DNA of 62,697 nt, the filler included, from Choristocarpus tenellus KU-1152 (lineage: Eukaryota > Protista > Phaeophyceae): the NCBI GenBank assembly GCA_964200185.2. It is 13 parts of 13 records of this genome, joined end to end, with 100 filler letters (N's around TTAATTAATTAA, not from the genome) between each part and the next. Parts side by side here need not be neighbours in the genome. Positions count along the whole stretch, not along the records: positions 1 to 5,271 come from CAXNAD020011298.1; positions 5,372 to 10,417 come from CAXNAD020012057.1; positions 10,518 to 13,962 come from CAXNAD020019980.1; 10 more parts are not named here. One strand, given 5' to 3'. The notes under the pieces were generated by a model. The model was not told the origin of the DNA, did not search any database, and saw nothing but the letters and a program-made list of their open reading frames with translations. The translations under genes and the position numbers were made by a program. Positions 1 through 11,135 of this stretch are shown here, one piece after another. Positions within the stretch are counted from its first letter, which is position 1, and each line of letters opens with the position of its first letter.

Positions 1-117
1 GGGGGGGATCCGTCAACTACTGTAATGGGTAAAATACACAGAAAATGTAAGTTGTGACATGGTAGATTGTTGAAGTCGCACGTTTGTAGACGTGAATATT
101 GTTAAGTCAATTAATAA

Positions 118-180
118 TAAGTCAGTGCGTAGAGCATTGGAGTCAATCATTGGGTCAGAGGTTCGAATTCCACACAGTAG
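118..180 (+). mobile_element. tRNA-like (SINE-type) head with A-box/B-box-like motifs
   Basis: GTCAGTGCGTAGAGCA ... GGTCAGAGGTTCGAATTCC resembles tRNA D-arm and T-arm promoter boxes; no complete cloverleaf or acceptor stem. Confidence 0.3.
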
Positions 181-269
181 GTATCTTATTTATGGGGAAG
201 TATTGTACCAGTGTTCGATGATGCAATCTGTGTAGATGACGAGTCTAGGAAAGGAGGTAAACTGGAAGG

Positions 270-520
270 TATGTGATGTCCAAATAGGCTCTCCCAATTG
301 TGTAAGAGATAACTAGTGGTATATATGTAGCGTTAGTATGTATACAAGAGTTGTTAGTTGGTAAACCCATATTATTTGAATGGATGCGTAGGAAACGGCT
401 CTATTGACGATGGTGGTTTAAGGTTGTAAAAAACTACTTAAGATATCCTCCTCACAAAATTTGGCATCGTCCCTTTAATTTGCACTCCTATCCATACATG
501 AGTCGAGAGATACTTTAACC
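270..520. repeat. Dispersed repeat copy 1 (LTR-like or SINE body), homologous to 3645-3908
   Basis: Shared blocks in the same orientation, e.g. TATACAAGAGTT(G/A)TTAGTTGGTAAACCCATATT and ACAAAATTTGGC..CCCTTTAAT. Confidence 0.7.
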
Positions 521-1224
521 CTATATATTGGAAACGTAGTTTTGTACCCTACCTATCATGCCTTCGGATGGAGAATTCCATAGTCCGAAGTGATGCCCCA
601 CTTGCTGAGGATCGTCTTTAGTATATTTCATCTGTTGTGGAGGGTTTGCTCAAGGCGATAGTGTAATTAGAGCAAGACTGGGACCGCCGTTTTCAGACGG
701 ATTTTAGTATTGGAGTCGGCGGTGGTGGCCATCCCGCCGTCCTGGCCGCTGTGTTCAGAACGAGGCCTCTCTGGCTGGTTGTGTACCAACCGAAGTCGGA
801 CCCAGATCATCCCTACACCGTGAAGGGTTCCGAAATACGGCAGTCGGTCATTCCTGCCATGTAGATGACTCTTTCCATCTCAGGTGGCACCATCCAACGC
901 ACCACGGCCGTAAGGGGAGGCTCCTGGATTGGCGAGATGGAGCGCGAGAGAGGAGAAACGTTGGGATGGTACCCGTCACACTTGAAAGTGATCCATGGAC
1001 AACAGCCATGATTCCTAACGAGCTGGTCCTTGCACAAGATGATGGAGACAAGCGAAGCAATACAGCTGGAGCTACAGCTGTGACCAAGCCTGCGCCAGAT
1101 GGACCTGGAGCAGTCACCACACTTATCGCTGAAGGAGCATATCCATAGATTGGAGATGGCATGATCCTTCCAGAGCGAGCGAAGTAGTCGTACCTGCCAC
1201 CAAGAGGAGCAGGACATCAGCAGG

Positions 1225-1600
1225 AGCAGTAACTAAGCCTCCACCAGTGGGTAAAGGAGCAGCTATATCTGAGGTGCTTGCCGTGATGGCACACTTCCAC
1301 GACCTCCCACTCGCCTGTGAAGGGGCAAGAGTTGAGCCTCCAAGTCCCAGTGGAAAGGGAGCCAAGGGGGTAACCCCAGTAGGGGAATGCCTTGCTTGTA
1401 CCGAGGTACTTGTTGTGATGGCAGACTTCGATATGCTTCTGCTCGCCTGTGAAAAGGCTCGAGCTAAGCCTCCAACTCCTGAGGGAGAAGGAGCCAAGTA
1501 ACCAACCCTGGTAGGGGAAGGCGTTGCTCTTTCCAAGGTGGTTGCCACAATGGCAGACCTTGATGACTCTCGCAGGGAAGGCACCCTGGCGAGGCAGGTG
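1225..1600 (+). repeat. Degenerate tandem repeat, about 130-bp unit, about 3 copies
   Basis: Recurrent AGCCTCCA...GGAGCCAAG...GTAGGGGAA...GAGGT(G/A)CTTG..GTGATGGCA(C/G)ACTT..CTCGC(C)TGTGAA. Confidence 0.65.
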
Positions 1601-1771
1601 GTCGACAAGGGCTACCAGCACAAGACTGGTGAGACTGGGGGAGTGGAGCTTCACAAGCCTCATCAAGGAAGGGGAGGTCATGGCATCTTGCATGGGGCAA
1701 AATATCCATTTACCTCCCCTATGCCCTCATGATTGCCTGGCTCATTGCAGGGCAAAGTAGGTGGAATAAGA

Positions 1772-2865
1772 AGCACTTCCAAGTTGCCCATCTTTGTCCA
1801 CCTGGCATAGAGTGCCACATGTCTAATCGGGGGAGGGGATGTCAAGGCATATTGTAAAGGCTAGTCAAGCTGGAACCCCCTCTCCTCCTGGTTGCTGCAG
1901 AGGATTGGAGTCTGGGCAGAAAGGAGGTGCAAAAACTTCTATGACAATCAGACCCTGACTGGATGCACACTGCAACTTCAGGTCTTCATGCTGTCTTCCC
2001 TTCTATTCTCGACAACTTCTGGCTCAGGGCAGTGAGGAACGGATTGGTGAGAGGAGTCCTTGTGAAGAGGGTGGACTGCAGGCACTGCTTTGTGGCCCAC
2101 TTGATAGCGGCTGAGCGCATAAGCTTATGGTCGGGCGTAAAGACTTGCAGCAAGCCAAGCACAGTAGAGGCTAGGGCTGCAGTCAATTACTTCCTGACAT
2201 CGATGTCAGGGGCATTGTAGCGAACCCGGTTCACACTCCCAGCCCAGCGATGAGCAGTGATCTGCTGCAGAGCATTGTCAAGGTTAGGGCATACTGCCTT
2301 GGGCAGTTCAGCTACGCCTTGGACAGCGACACTAAGGTCATTGAAGGTGGTTAGTAGCACGGGCCACACAGCAGCGCCTAACGTAGTTCACACTCTTCCC
2401 TAGGACTCCTTTCACCAATCCATCCCTCACTACCCCAAGCCAGAAGTCGTCAAGAATAGAAGGGAAGACCGTGAGTTGCAATGTGCATCCAGTTGAGGTC
2501 TGGATTTTGTTCGTCAGTCTGACGTTAGACGGTACCACTCAGCTAGCTCGGACATATAATGATGCCCTCTCTGCTTCATCATGAAGGCACGGCATGCCAA
2601 GTCATAGAAGTCCTCGCACCTCCTTTCTGGCCAGACTACAATCCTCGGCAGCACACCAGGAGGAGAGGGGGGTTCAAGCTCGACTAGCCTTCATAATATG
2701 TCTTGACACCCCCTCACTGGTTAGACATGGTGCTCCATGCACTTCCAAGGTTCCCATCTTTATCCACCTGGCATGGAGCATCACATTTCTAACCAGGGGA
2801 CGGGATGCCAAGGCATGTTGCTAAGGCTAGTCAAGCTTGAAACCCCCTCCTCCCATGTGCTGCCT
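1772..2865. repeat. Foldback/inverted duplication: arm about 1805-2098 (+), arm about 2360-2740 (-), plus a third direct copy about 2738-2865
   Basis: Reverse complement of 2360-2505 matches 1946-2098; reverse complement of 2600-2740 matches 1805-1945; 2738-2865 repeats 1772-1897. Confidence 0.8.
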
Positions 2866-3644
2866 GGCACACTGACTGGACTGGAAGGGGTCTACAAGGA
2901 CATCTCCAGAGCTGCATGGTAGATGATTGCACCTCAAGTGTATTGTGTATCTCAGGCCTCATGGTTTAACATCCTCCAGTGTGCCCTTGAGTGTTGTTGT
3001 AGCATAGGAGAGTGACAATGGCATGCTGTCTGGATTTTTGTGTGTGTTACCATTGATTGCAAAATGCACAGCTGCATGCCAGAGTTTTTCTGAATTTGCG
3101 AAGATGGTATATATGTAACACCGACTTCTAGTTATGAGTGCGACTTGATAATGTCCCTCTGTGCTACACTTCTTGTTGTGTGCAAAATGTTTGCTCAGTA
3201 TGGGCCACTACGGTGCCTGTATGAACCAGTACTATGTCCCATGAGACGTGGTAACCACCCACAGTTTGTTGTGTGTTCAGACCAAGATTGTTGTTGGTTC
3301 TACGTATATGACTAGGTAGTCGTGATGGACTCTGTTGTTTCTGCTTGGCATTCCCACTGATTGGTCAATTGGAAACTGTTTTATTTCGTATTGCATTGTT
3401 CCTGCTTTATTATCAGTTGAAATTCATTTCAAATTGTGAACTGTATGGCCAGGGGCTAATTTGATAGCACGTGCCTCATCTGATGAGGAAGATCGTTGTG
3501 ATATGGTTAGTTTTTGCTGAACTGCCAGGGCTAGCTATATGTAATGCTCTCATCTTGTTGGATTTGAATTTTTGCATTTCTGTAGTATTATTCACTGAGT
3601 TTAGTAGCTAGTTATGTCTAGTGACTGCTCACAGTTTTTTGAGC

Positions 3645-3908
3645 TAGGGAGGATGTTCAAATAGACTCTCCCAACTGTATTGGAGATAGCTAGTAGTATA
3701 CGTGTAGAGTTAGTATACAAGAGTTATTAGTTGGTAAACCCATATTTTATCTTGTACATGAATAGATGGATAGTAGTTGGCTCTATTGACCATGATGCTT
3801 TAAGGTTGTATGGTCTCTCCCTCTGCTTAAGATAATCACTCTTCTACAAAATTTGGCGTTATCCCTTTAATGATCACTCCTACCCATAAGTCAGGGGATA
3901 CTTCAACA
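3645..3908. repeat. Dispersed repeat copy 2; ends in ...ACTTCAACA (TGTTGAAG on - strand, LTR-like terminus)
   Basis: Homologous to 270-520. Confidence 0.65.
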
Positions 3909-4017
3909 TGTGGTTTATGATGCAGTCTCCGCCCACAGACACAAACAAAATATGTACATCTATCTCCTTTTAGTACCTATCTCATACATACCCCCAAACA
4001 CCTCTCTCCCCGTTCAG

Positions 4018-5111
4018 GTTCCCCCGAATCAATGCCATTAGGTATGACAAGGGGCATGAAGGCTGCCTTGACACCAGGGGACTAGATGCTCTTCGTGCCA
4101 CACCACGGAGTACTAGGAGTGGCGGGCAGGGAGAGGCAGGAGGGGGTTGGCAGGGGTCAAGGTTTCGACGGAAAGGAGGCAGTGGTCGAGCCGAATTGAG
4201 CAAGAGTAGGGGAGGGGGGGGAGGGGCTCGTGTGTCATCACTGTTTGCAGTGGGGTCATCAGATGGAGTGTTGGAATCAGATGTGTTTACATTGGATGGA
4301 CATAAGCTGGAGATGTGTGTTGTGGGGAGCAACTTTGGGGAGGTGAGGAAATAGGGAGTGGGATCTTCTATTTTGGTGATGTTTGTTGATGGGAGTGATT
4401 TCTGCACGTAAGTAGATATGGTGATGGAAGGGATGTGTTGCCCATGCCTGTCACAATAGAAAACATGTGATTTTGCTGTGGACATCATGTTTGCAGACAT
4501 CAATTTTTTCATGGGTTTTGAAGGTTGTGCTGGTTGAATCTCTCTTTATCATGTTTTGAGGTGTTACATCATATGTATATGCTATGAAAGTAATTACTTG
4601 CACAATGGTGCAGTTCAATGAAGTTCAGGGCAAAGAGGAGTCTGGAAAAGGGGACAAGAGCCTTGTGGGGGACGGGGGGCAGGCCAGGGGTGTCAAGAAG
4701 AGGTCCAGGACTGAGGACACATCACAAAAACGGAGTGTGAGAACCAAGCAAGACCTGGAGAAGCTGATTCAAACACATGGAGGAAGGTCAGATCACAGGG
4801 TTGTAGTACTAGTACTAGTACTAGAGTAATCACAGTATACAGATAACAGTATACAACATTTACATAGTGTATACCAATTTACTTTAGTTTACACTTTGCT
4901 TTTACTGCTGTCCGGTTGTGTACACATTCTGACCATCAACAGCGCTCGAGGCAACCCCAAGGAAGAGACCACTCAGTTTGTAGTGGTTGGGAATAAGGAT
5001 TCTGTTAGTGTGAAAAGCTACATTGCCAGTGGTATCTACAACGTTGTGGGGTACAAATGGATCTTGGAGTGCGTATCAAGAGGCTCCTATGAATTTCCTT
5101 CCGTTGAGCAT
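4018..5111 (+). CDS. LIG4: DNA ligase IV, partial (exons 4018-4342, 4614-4786, 4943-about 5111): ligase motif VI and first BRCT domain
   Basis: Spliced translation (R)FPRINAIRYDKGHEGCLDTRGLDALR...SDVFTLDGHKLEMCVVGS...KQDLEKLIQTHGGSARGNP..TQFVVVG..VKSYIASGIYNVVGYKWILECV follows the Lig4 RFPR..IR.DK motif and BRCT1. GT-AG sites are canonical and phases are compatible. Confidence 0.9.
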
Positions 5112-5271
5112 GTGAGACCCAGAGACACAGCACATGCTCATGGTATCTACTTACTTCAACGCAGTATGTCAGTTGCCAATGGGGGGGAAGGGGGGGGGGG
5201 GGGGGGTTTTTTTCCCTCCCCCCTTTTTCAAAGGGGGGGCGGACAAAATGGGAAGAGCCCACGTCTGACCC

Positions 5272-5371
5272 NNNNNNNNNNNNNNNNNNNNNNNNNNNNN
5301 NNNNNNNNNNNNNNNTTAATTAATTAANNNNNNNNNNNNNNNNNNNNNNNNNNNNNNNNNNNNNNNNNNNN
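5272..5371. other. Artificial contig-joining spacer (44N-TTAATTAATTAA-44N). Identical spacers at 10418-10517, 13963-14062, 25271-25370, 30613-30712, 33642-33741, 37117-37216, 40812-40911, 44534-44633, 48750-48849, 53657-53756, 59896-59995
   Basis: Identical 100-bp cassette with stops in all six frames, repeated 12 times. Confidence 0.98.
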
Positions 5372-5555
5372 AATACAAACACCGTCTCTTCATTATTAAA
5401 TTGTTTCTTCTACAGAATCTTCTTTTACATATGAATAAAAAGCATATTCTTAACAGAGCGTCATAAACGTATTTTTCGAAAATATTAGTCAGTTTGTATA
5501 CATACACACACCGCATACAACGGATTCGATAGGAGTAACTGTAAACGCACCTCAG

Positions 5556-5610
5556 GGTTTAAATAAACCCTACACCACGATCTTTATCGTGTTTAGGGTT
5601 TATTTAAACC
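5556..5610. repeat. 55-bp hairpin/palindrome
   Basis: Perfect 17-bp arms GGTTTAAATAAACCCTA / TAGGGTTTATTTAAACC, plus an inner CACGAT/ATCGTG stem. Confidence 0.85.
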
Positions 5611-8600
5611 ATAATCATGGTCTTTACGGGTCTCAAACGTTTCAATACAGAAACGTAAGAGCCGCTTCTTTATGCTACATATGATATATCCGGACCCTTA
5701 AAAAGTGCCAAAACATTTCCAAAAAAAGGACATATCCCGGGCCCTTCCAAGTGCAAAAACAGTTGCAAAAAAAACCTTTCGGTACTTTTTCAAGACCGTT
5801 TTCCCAGAACAACCATCCTCATAGCCCCGCTTCATCCCCAATTTTGAAAATCCACTGTTAGTTGTATAGATAGGAACGAATTGTTGTTTCCACTTCAAGA
5901 TAGAAAAATTTGGGCCACAAGAAAAGGAAAATTGTTATTGTCAAGAATATACTTTGTATTCATGTGTACAAGATTCTGTAAGAAACAAGATAATCATGAA
6001 GTGAATATGTTTGCGTTTAAGAACCAGAGTATATGTGGATGGGTGAAGGGGCCAAAGTTCTCTCTGGATAAGGGGGCAATCACAATCACCGGACTGAACT
6101 CTTCCACCTCAGAGGGTGATATCGAGTTTCAAAGGTCTTGGTCCAACATCTCAGAACAGCTGAGGAAATCCAGAACAAAAACCTCAAAACAAAAAAAATA
6201 TATTCCAGAATGAGTGAGCAACGTCACAGCAGAGAAATGGAACGGTCAGAATCGGAATCTCTTCGTTCTGACAGCGTTCTTGACAGTTTGGTCAAATCCG
6301 GATATTATGAGTGTGTGGTTGGTTTATTGAACTGGTCGGTGTGGGCGAATTCCAATGACGTGGTTGGCGCGCGCAAAAGTATATGACCGCGCCTCTTATC
6401 CACAAATCTGTGTGTCGAAGATACCAAAAAAGGAACCTGTCCTTGACATACATGGAAGAGGTCATGAATAGGAAACATAGTAGTAAGCAATTTGTTATTA
6501 GTATGATCCATACTATAGGAAAGATTTGGTAGCAAGGACACTCCCCCTTTCGACTTGGATGCTCTCTTCTCCTTTCGCCTTCCTTACTTCATGTACAACC
6601 TGTTCAACCCAGTAAGGATTTCATTACGTATTTACATACACTACTAGTGTTAGGAAGATCTACATCTTTAACAGTGATTAAGAATGTCCAAAATGGGGGT
6701 AACAGCCAGGTTCAGTGAGATGCAGTTTGACTTACATGCCTGCATGCCACTATTGTATGCTGCAACATTTCACTTGAGATTCTATTGGTTTTGGCATGGG
6801 TTGTCGTTTATAAATGGATAGCTTCTTGTCTTCAATCCAAGCAGTTTGGAAACATACCAGGAGGTGATGCTTAGGAGGGGTAGGGGGTGTTGTGAAGGTG
6901 GAAACCTCATCTTTATTTTGAAATACAAACAATAATCACCTAGATTTTGCACTTAAATATCCACAAGCCGAATAAAAAGGGTTTGATCAAGAGGGTGATA
7001 GTCCAGTGGTGGCACACCCTCTCAAACTCTGGGCAACAGTGGGCAACACCTTGCATCTGCCCATAAGTGTGTGTTCTCTCTTTGTAGGTAACCTTGGGTC
7101 CCTGACAAGCACTAGGATGAGGATATGAGTAGTTCTCATCGATGGCAAAGGGTGGACAAATGTGGGCTTATTCCTGAACTATTCAAGGCACAAGGACAAT
7201 TGCAATCAGCCTCTGCTCTCATTTTCCCCTCCCAACCCTTGATCTAGATGTGATCAAATCACAAGCAAAGCTTGCAAACATCTCTCTAGTATCAAGCATA
7301 TCCAGCTGAATTGCAAAATTTGTGTCTGCCTTCAACCTGGTCTGAGCGGAATTTCAGTAACCAATCACGTGGTGACTACTCCATAGAGCATTCTGCCCAC
7401 TTGAGACCACTCTTCATTTTCCATGTTCCAAGTAGCCCACCATTCCCTTTGCAATGGTTGCAGTGTCTCATAAGTAGATGTGGGTCGCACTGAAGATTGT
7501 AATACCATCCATCTTGTTGAACTTCTTGTAGGCCTTTGGGGTAAAGGGGGAAGCACAAGAAAGAGCAGACAGCGATATGTCATTGTGAGGGCCAAACACC
7601 TCGTTTTGCGGATTTAGAGCGAACCTTACTGAATCCTTCCAGCAGTTGCTGAAATCCAAAGTCATTATCTCTATCCCTGCCCATTTTGTCCATCAAAAGC
7701 TACGACATAATCTGAATACATATTCAAATATCAGAAATGTCGCCTGGAAAGAAATACTTGTCAGAAATACGAGTACCACAGGAGAAGTGCCTCTCACCTC
7801 ACAGTTGCTTAGATCTTATTTTTTTGTATCCATAAGTCTCCCAGCCCGACAAGATTCCCCATCTCCTTCGGGTGGTTGCCTAGATGGATTATTACACAAA
7901 ATAAATCGGATACGATAGAGCTAACGGCATTGGAACGTTCAGAAGAACAAAAGTAGAGGAACTACACCGTGACATTGCTGTCTTGAAAGTAAGATCATAG
8001 GAAATATATGTATTAGTAAGAGAGTGCAGGATTCAGGTGGGAAACATGGATTACCTTGCCGAAAGGTACCTCTGTTAGAGGAGTGAGTAAAGGGTCTCTG
8101 GTTGAGAGCTGAATATGTCGACGGTTGAGAAGTGGAAACATCACACTGGTAAAGAAAAAACACTACATTTCTCCTCCAAAATGAACTTAGCACAAAGTCT
8201 ATCATCCCCAAGAGCAACTGAAAATAGAGTGAGCGTTTGTGAGGAAAAGCATCTTGTTAGTAAAAAAAATAGGGTCAACAGACATGTGGCATACAGAGCT
8301 CTAGTCAAGGCTAGGGGAGTGGGAAATGAGTTCTGTCCTTTACAATACAAGAGACAAAAGACCGGCTGGCCTTCTCAAGGGTATGTCTACTAATGATGAG
8401 GTGAAGAGTTTCCTCTAATTCAGAATGGACACCTTGCACTGAGCCAATACAAGTGCGAGATATGAAGGAAACATTGCAAAATACACCTGTCACATTTTTC
8501 ACTCAGGAGCTCGTAAAAATGCAAGTTCTTGCTCAATTACCAGCACTGTGCCGCACAGCACAAACAAGTTGGTTTTGCACATCAAGATGCAAGGAAACTT

Positions 8601-9434
8601 TAGGAAAAACACAATTTCAGTGCAAAGATCACAAGATGATAAACCCTAACCCTAACCCTAACCCTGCAAGAACATCACCAGTTTCTCACCATACCTTTTC
8701 CCTCTTCTGACAGAATTAAAACTAGTGTGTTGCGAACTGAAATGAACGGGGAGTTATACCACAATTCGGCTCAAAATGATCAAACAAAATGATTAGAATT
8801 GAAGCTATGCATGCAAAATATCGAGAACTTGAATATCTAACCCTAACCCTAACCTCTGGGCACGGCGAGACATCTCAGCAACGCATGCATTGTGCATACA
8901 TGCTAGAAAATGATATTTCAACTCAACCCAAACCTTAACCCTTGACTTGAATCTCAAATAATTTCAACTCTTGATTGTAGCAAATCAATCACCTCGATTC
9001 TCAACATCACAAGAAATATGTTTATAACATAGGGTTAGGGAGATACCAAAGTGCAACCAGTGCAACAAGGCGAGTACAACCCTAACCCTAACCCTTCACT
9101 CACACCCTGCGATAGATCTACTTCACACCAGTTGCTGCTCAACTGCACCCCTACTGTCAAGGAAACCTGCACCACCCCATGGCCAAATTTTCAATGTACA
9201 GGGTTACAATGCCCAAAATCATAGTGCAAAAAGATGTGATGATAAGGGACATGATAGTCACAGATATCACTGCAAATGTTGCCAGGTGGAGCTAACCAGT
9301 TGCATCTCAGTGCTCGGACTCAACTGAGCAACAGAGAAATAGCATACCCATTCACAGCATAAAAGAGCCAACGCTCTACATTGTACAGTAGGTATCTATA
9401 CTCCAGAAATACCAACAGAAGACGACGATTCTCA

Positions 9435-9583
9435 AACCCTAACCCTAACCCTAACTCAAACCAACTTGTGAACAGCAACCTAACCCCAAATGGCAGGAAG
9501 TGGAAGATTAACCCTAACCCTAACCCTAACTCAAACCAACTTGTGAACAGCAACCTATCCTCAAATGGCAGGAAGTGGAAGAT
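9435..9583. repeat. About 75-bp tandem duplication starting with (AACCCT)3
   Basis: AACCCTAACCCTAACCCTAACTCAAACCAACTTGTGAACAGCAACCTA.CC.CAAATGGCAGGAAGTGGAAGATT occurs twice. Confidence 0.9.
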
Positions 9584-9613
9584 TCGCTACGACCTTCAAC
9601 ACAACAAGGGGAC
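9537..9613 (-). pseudogene. Degenerate LRR-like pseudo-exon
   Basis: CAG|GT CCC CTT GTT..., reading GPLVVLKVVANLPLPAI*; 77 nt with in-frame stops; next to the intact LRR exon. Confidence 0.4.
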
Positions 9614-9697
9614 CTGATAGTGCACTCCATAGTAAGGCTGAACCGTTGTACTTGCAATCAACCATCGCATAAAAAAAAACAATAATAACAAAAACAC

Positions 9698-9769
9698 CTG
9701 AGAGGTTACTCCGATTGAACCACAGACGATTGAGATTCTCAAGGTTCCCGACTTCTTTTGGAAGTGGCC
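9698..9769 (-). CDS. Single 72-nt leucine-rich-repeat exon (LRR/ROCO-type receptor gene)
   Basis: CAG|GG CCA CTT...CTC TCA G|GT; exactly 72 nt, phase 1-1; encodes GPLPKEVGNLENLNRLWFNRSNLSG, matching the plant-type LRR consensus GxIPxExGxLxxLxxLxLxxNxLxG. Confidence 0.85.
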
Positions 9770-10095
9770 CTGCATGGCATTTGTGCAACAAGGGGTGGAA
9801 ATATTGCTGAAGACGTGAATATCAAGCAAACGATATATATACCTATAGTGGATTAACCCTAACCCTAAGAGCATCCGTGTGTGAATTATCAGTTACACAA
9901 TGGATGAACTCCCTATCAAATATTAGGGCTAGGGTAGCGGAGCAGAGCAAAGAGGGCCGGGGACATTAATCCTTCAAATAAATTGCATGTATGACTGTGA
10001 AGTTCCTTGAAACCCAGATCACCAAGTAAGTAGCCCTCTTGCTGAAAATAAACTTAAACTCAAAAGGAGTTGAAAAAAAGGTCTCAAGGAATACA

Positions 10096-10122
10096 CAGTC
10101 AGTCAGTCAGTCAGTCAGTCAG
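10096..10122. repeat. (CAGT)n microsatellite
   Basis: Six to seven direct CAGT units. Confidence 0.9.
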
Positions 10123-10355
10123 CAGAAATTAGAAACATTCAATCGCGCTACACTTCCAAGTTAGGATTAGGGTTAGGGTTAGTAAATAAGGGAGGCATTC
10201 GCAATCGTTATTGACCCAATGTACACTGTCATTCACCATGGTACCTCTACGTGCTGAGTTCGTTACCTTTCAAGCAGTGCAATGTCAGACCACCTGGTTA
10301 GGATTAGAAATCGAAAAATATTCCAAAAAATGTAGTTGTTTTACCTAATGGAGTA

Positions 10356-10417
10356 GGGTCAAAGTATCTGGGGGGGGGGGGTCGACATCCGTTTTTCACC
10401 CTTTTTTCGATTTTCAC
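10356..10417. mobile_element. MITE family B, truncated at contig end
   Basis: GGGTCAAAGTATCTG(G)n terminus. Other contig-end fragments at 10518-10543, 14063-14098, 53588-53656 and about 59867-59895. Confidence 0.7.
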
Positions 10418-10778
10418 NNNNNNNNNNNNNNNNNNNNNNNNNNNNNNNNNNNNNNNNNNNNTTAATTAATTAANNNNNNNNNNNNNNNNNNNNNNNNNNN
10501 NNNNNNNNNNNNNNNNNCCCCCCCTCCCCAGATACGTTGGGTCTCTTTGCCCTTAGGTTAGAAATAATGGATGGCTAAGAGACAAAAGCCCATCGGATAA
10601 TTTATAAACAGTGTATGTTCACCATGTAACCCACCAGCAGCTCCTGGCAACGAGCCTTTCCTGTGCGAAGCTACTCATCGAGCTTACGCGCCCTATTAAA
10701 TATATACTCCAGCTAGAGGAGGCGCAGCTGGAGCTGGAGTGGCTTGGGTTGGTAACATCACTCATGGCCTTATAGACG

Positions 10779-11135
10779 ATGTTCACACCAAACTACCGAG
10801 GATGTGGCCATTGTGCGACCAGTCATCAGGCAAACCCTGGTACGACAGGATCCCGTCCTAGGTATAAGATCAAGGCTGGTGGAAGATGTTTCAATTGTGG
10901 ACTGATCAAGCATGCTGCTGGTCCTTGTTCTTTCGAAGGACTGTGTCACAACTGTGGGGGTAAACGACACCTGCAGTATGTTTGTCATCAGGAGAAGGCA
11001 ACCCCGTCTAAACTGGCGGGAGAACTAGCTGGGCCAGGGTCAGAACCAGCAAAGAAAAAAAGAGATGGAAGGAGATTTAGACCACATTGGGTACCGTGGC
11101 CAATCAAGGTGAGAGTGTTTGGGTTAGAGAGATAG
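10779..11135 (+). CDS. Tandem CCHC zinc-knuckle ORF/exon (gag-like nucleic-acid-binding fragment)
   Basis: CFNCGLIKHAAGPC and CHNCGGKRHLQYVC both fit CX2CX4HX4C; possible donor AAG|GTGAGA at about 11108. Confidence 0.65.
   Translation: MFTPNYRGCGHCATSHQANPGTTGSRPRYKIKAGGRCFNCGLIKHAAGPCSFEGLCHNCGGKRHLQYVCHQEKATPSKLAGELAGPGSEPAKKKRDGRRFRPHWVPWPIKVRVFGLER

Larger units (their letters stand above)
8642..10181. repeat. Cluster of short interstitial telomere-type (TAACCC)n/(TTAGGG)n runs
   Basis: Runs at about 8642, 8838, 8925, 9031, 9078, 9435, 9509, 9853, 9922 and 10160, in both orientations. Confidence 0.85.

Noticed and set aside
118-180. Functional tRNA gene
   Set aside because: Only A/B-box-like motifs, with no acceptor stem or proper anticodon arm
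3982-4512. 176-aa minus-strand ORF
   Set aside because: Antisense shadow of a LIG4 exon
5316-5327. Recurrent TTAATTAATTAA palindrome as a biological motif
   Set aside because: It is always centred in identical N padding, so it is an artificial six-frame-stop linker
8642-10181. True chromosome end
   Set aside because: The runs are only 2-4 units long, dispersed, and in both orientations
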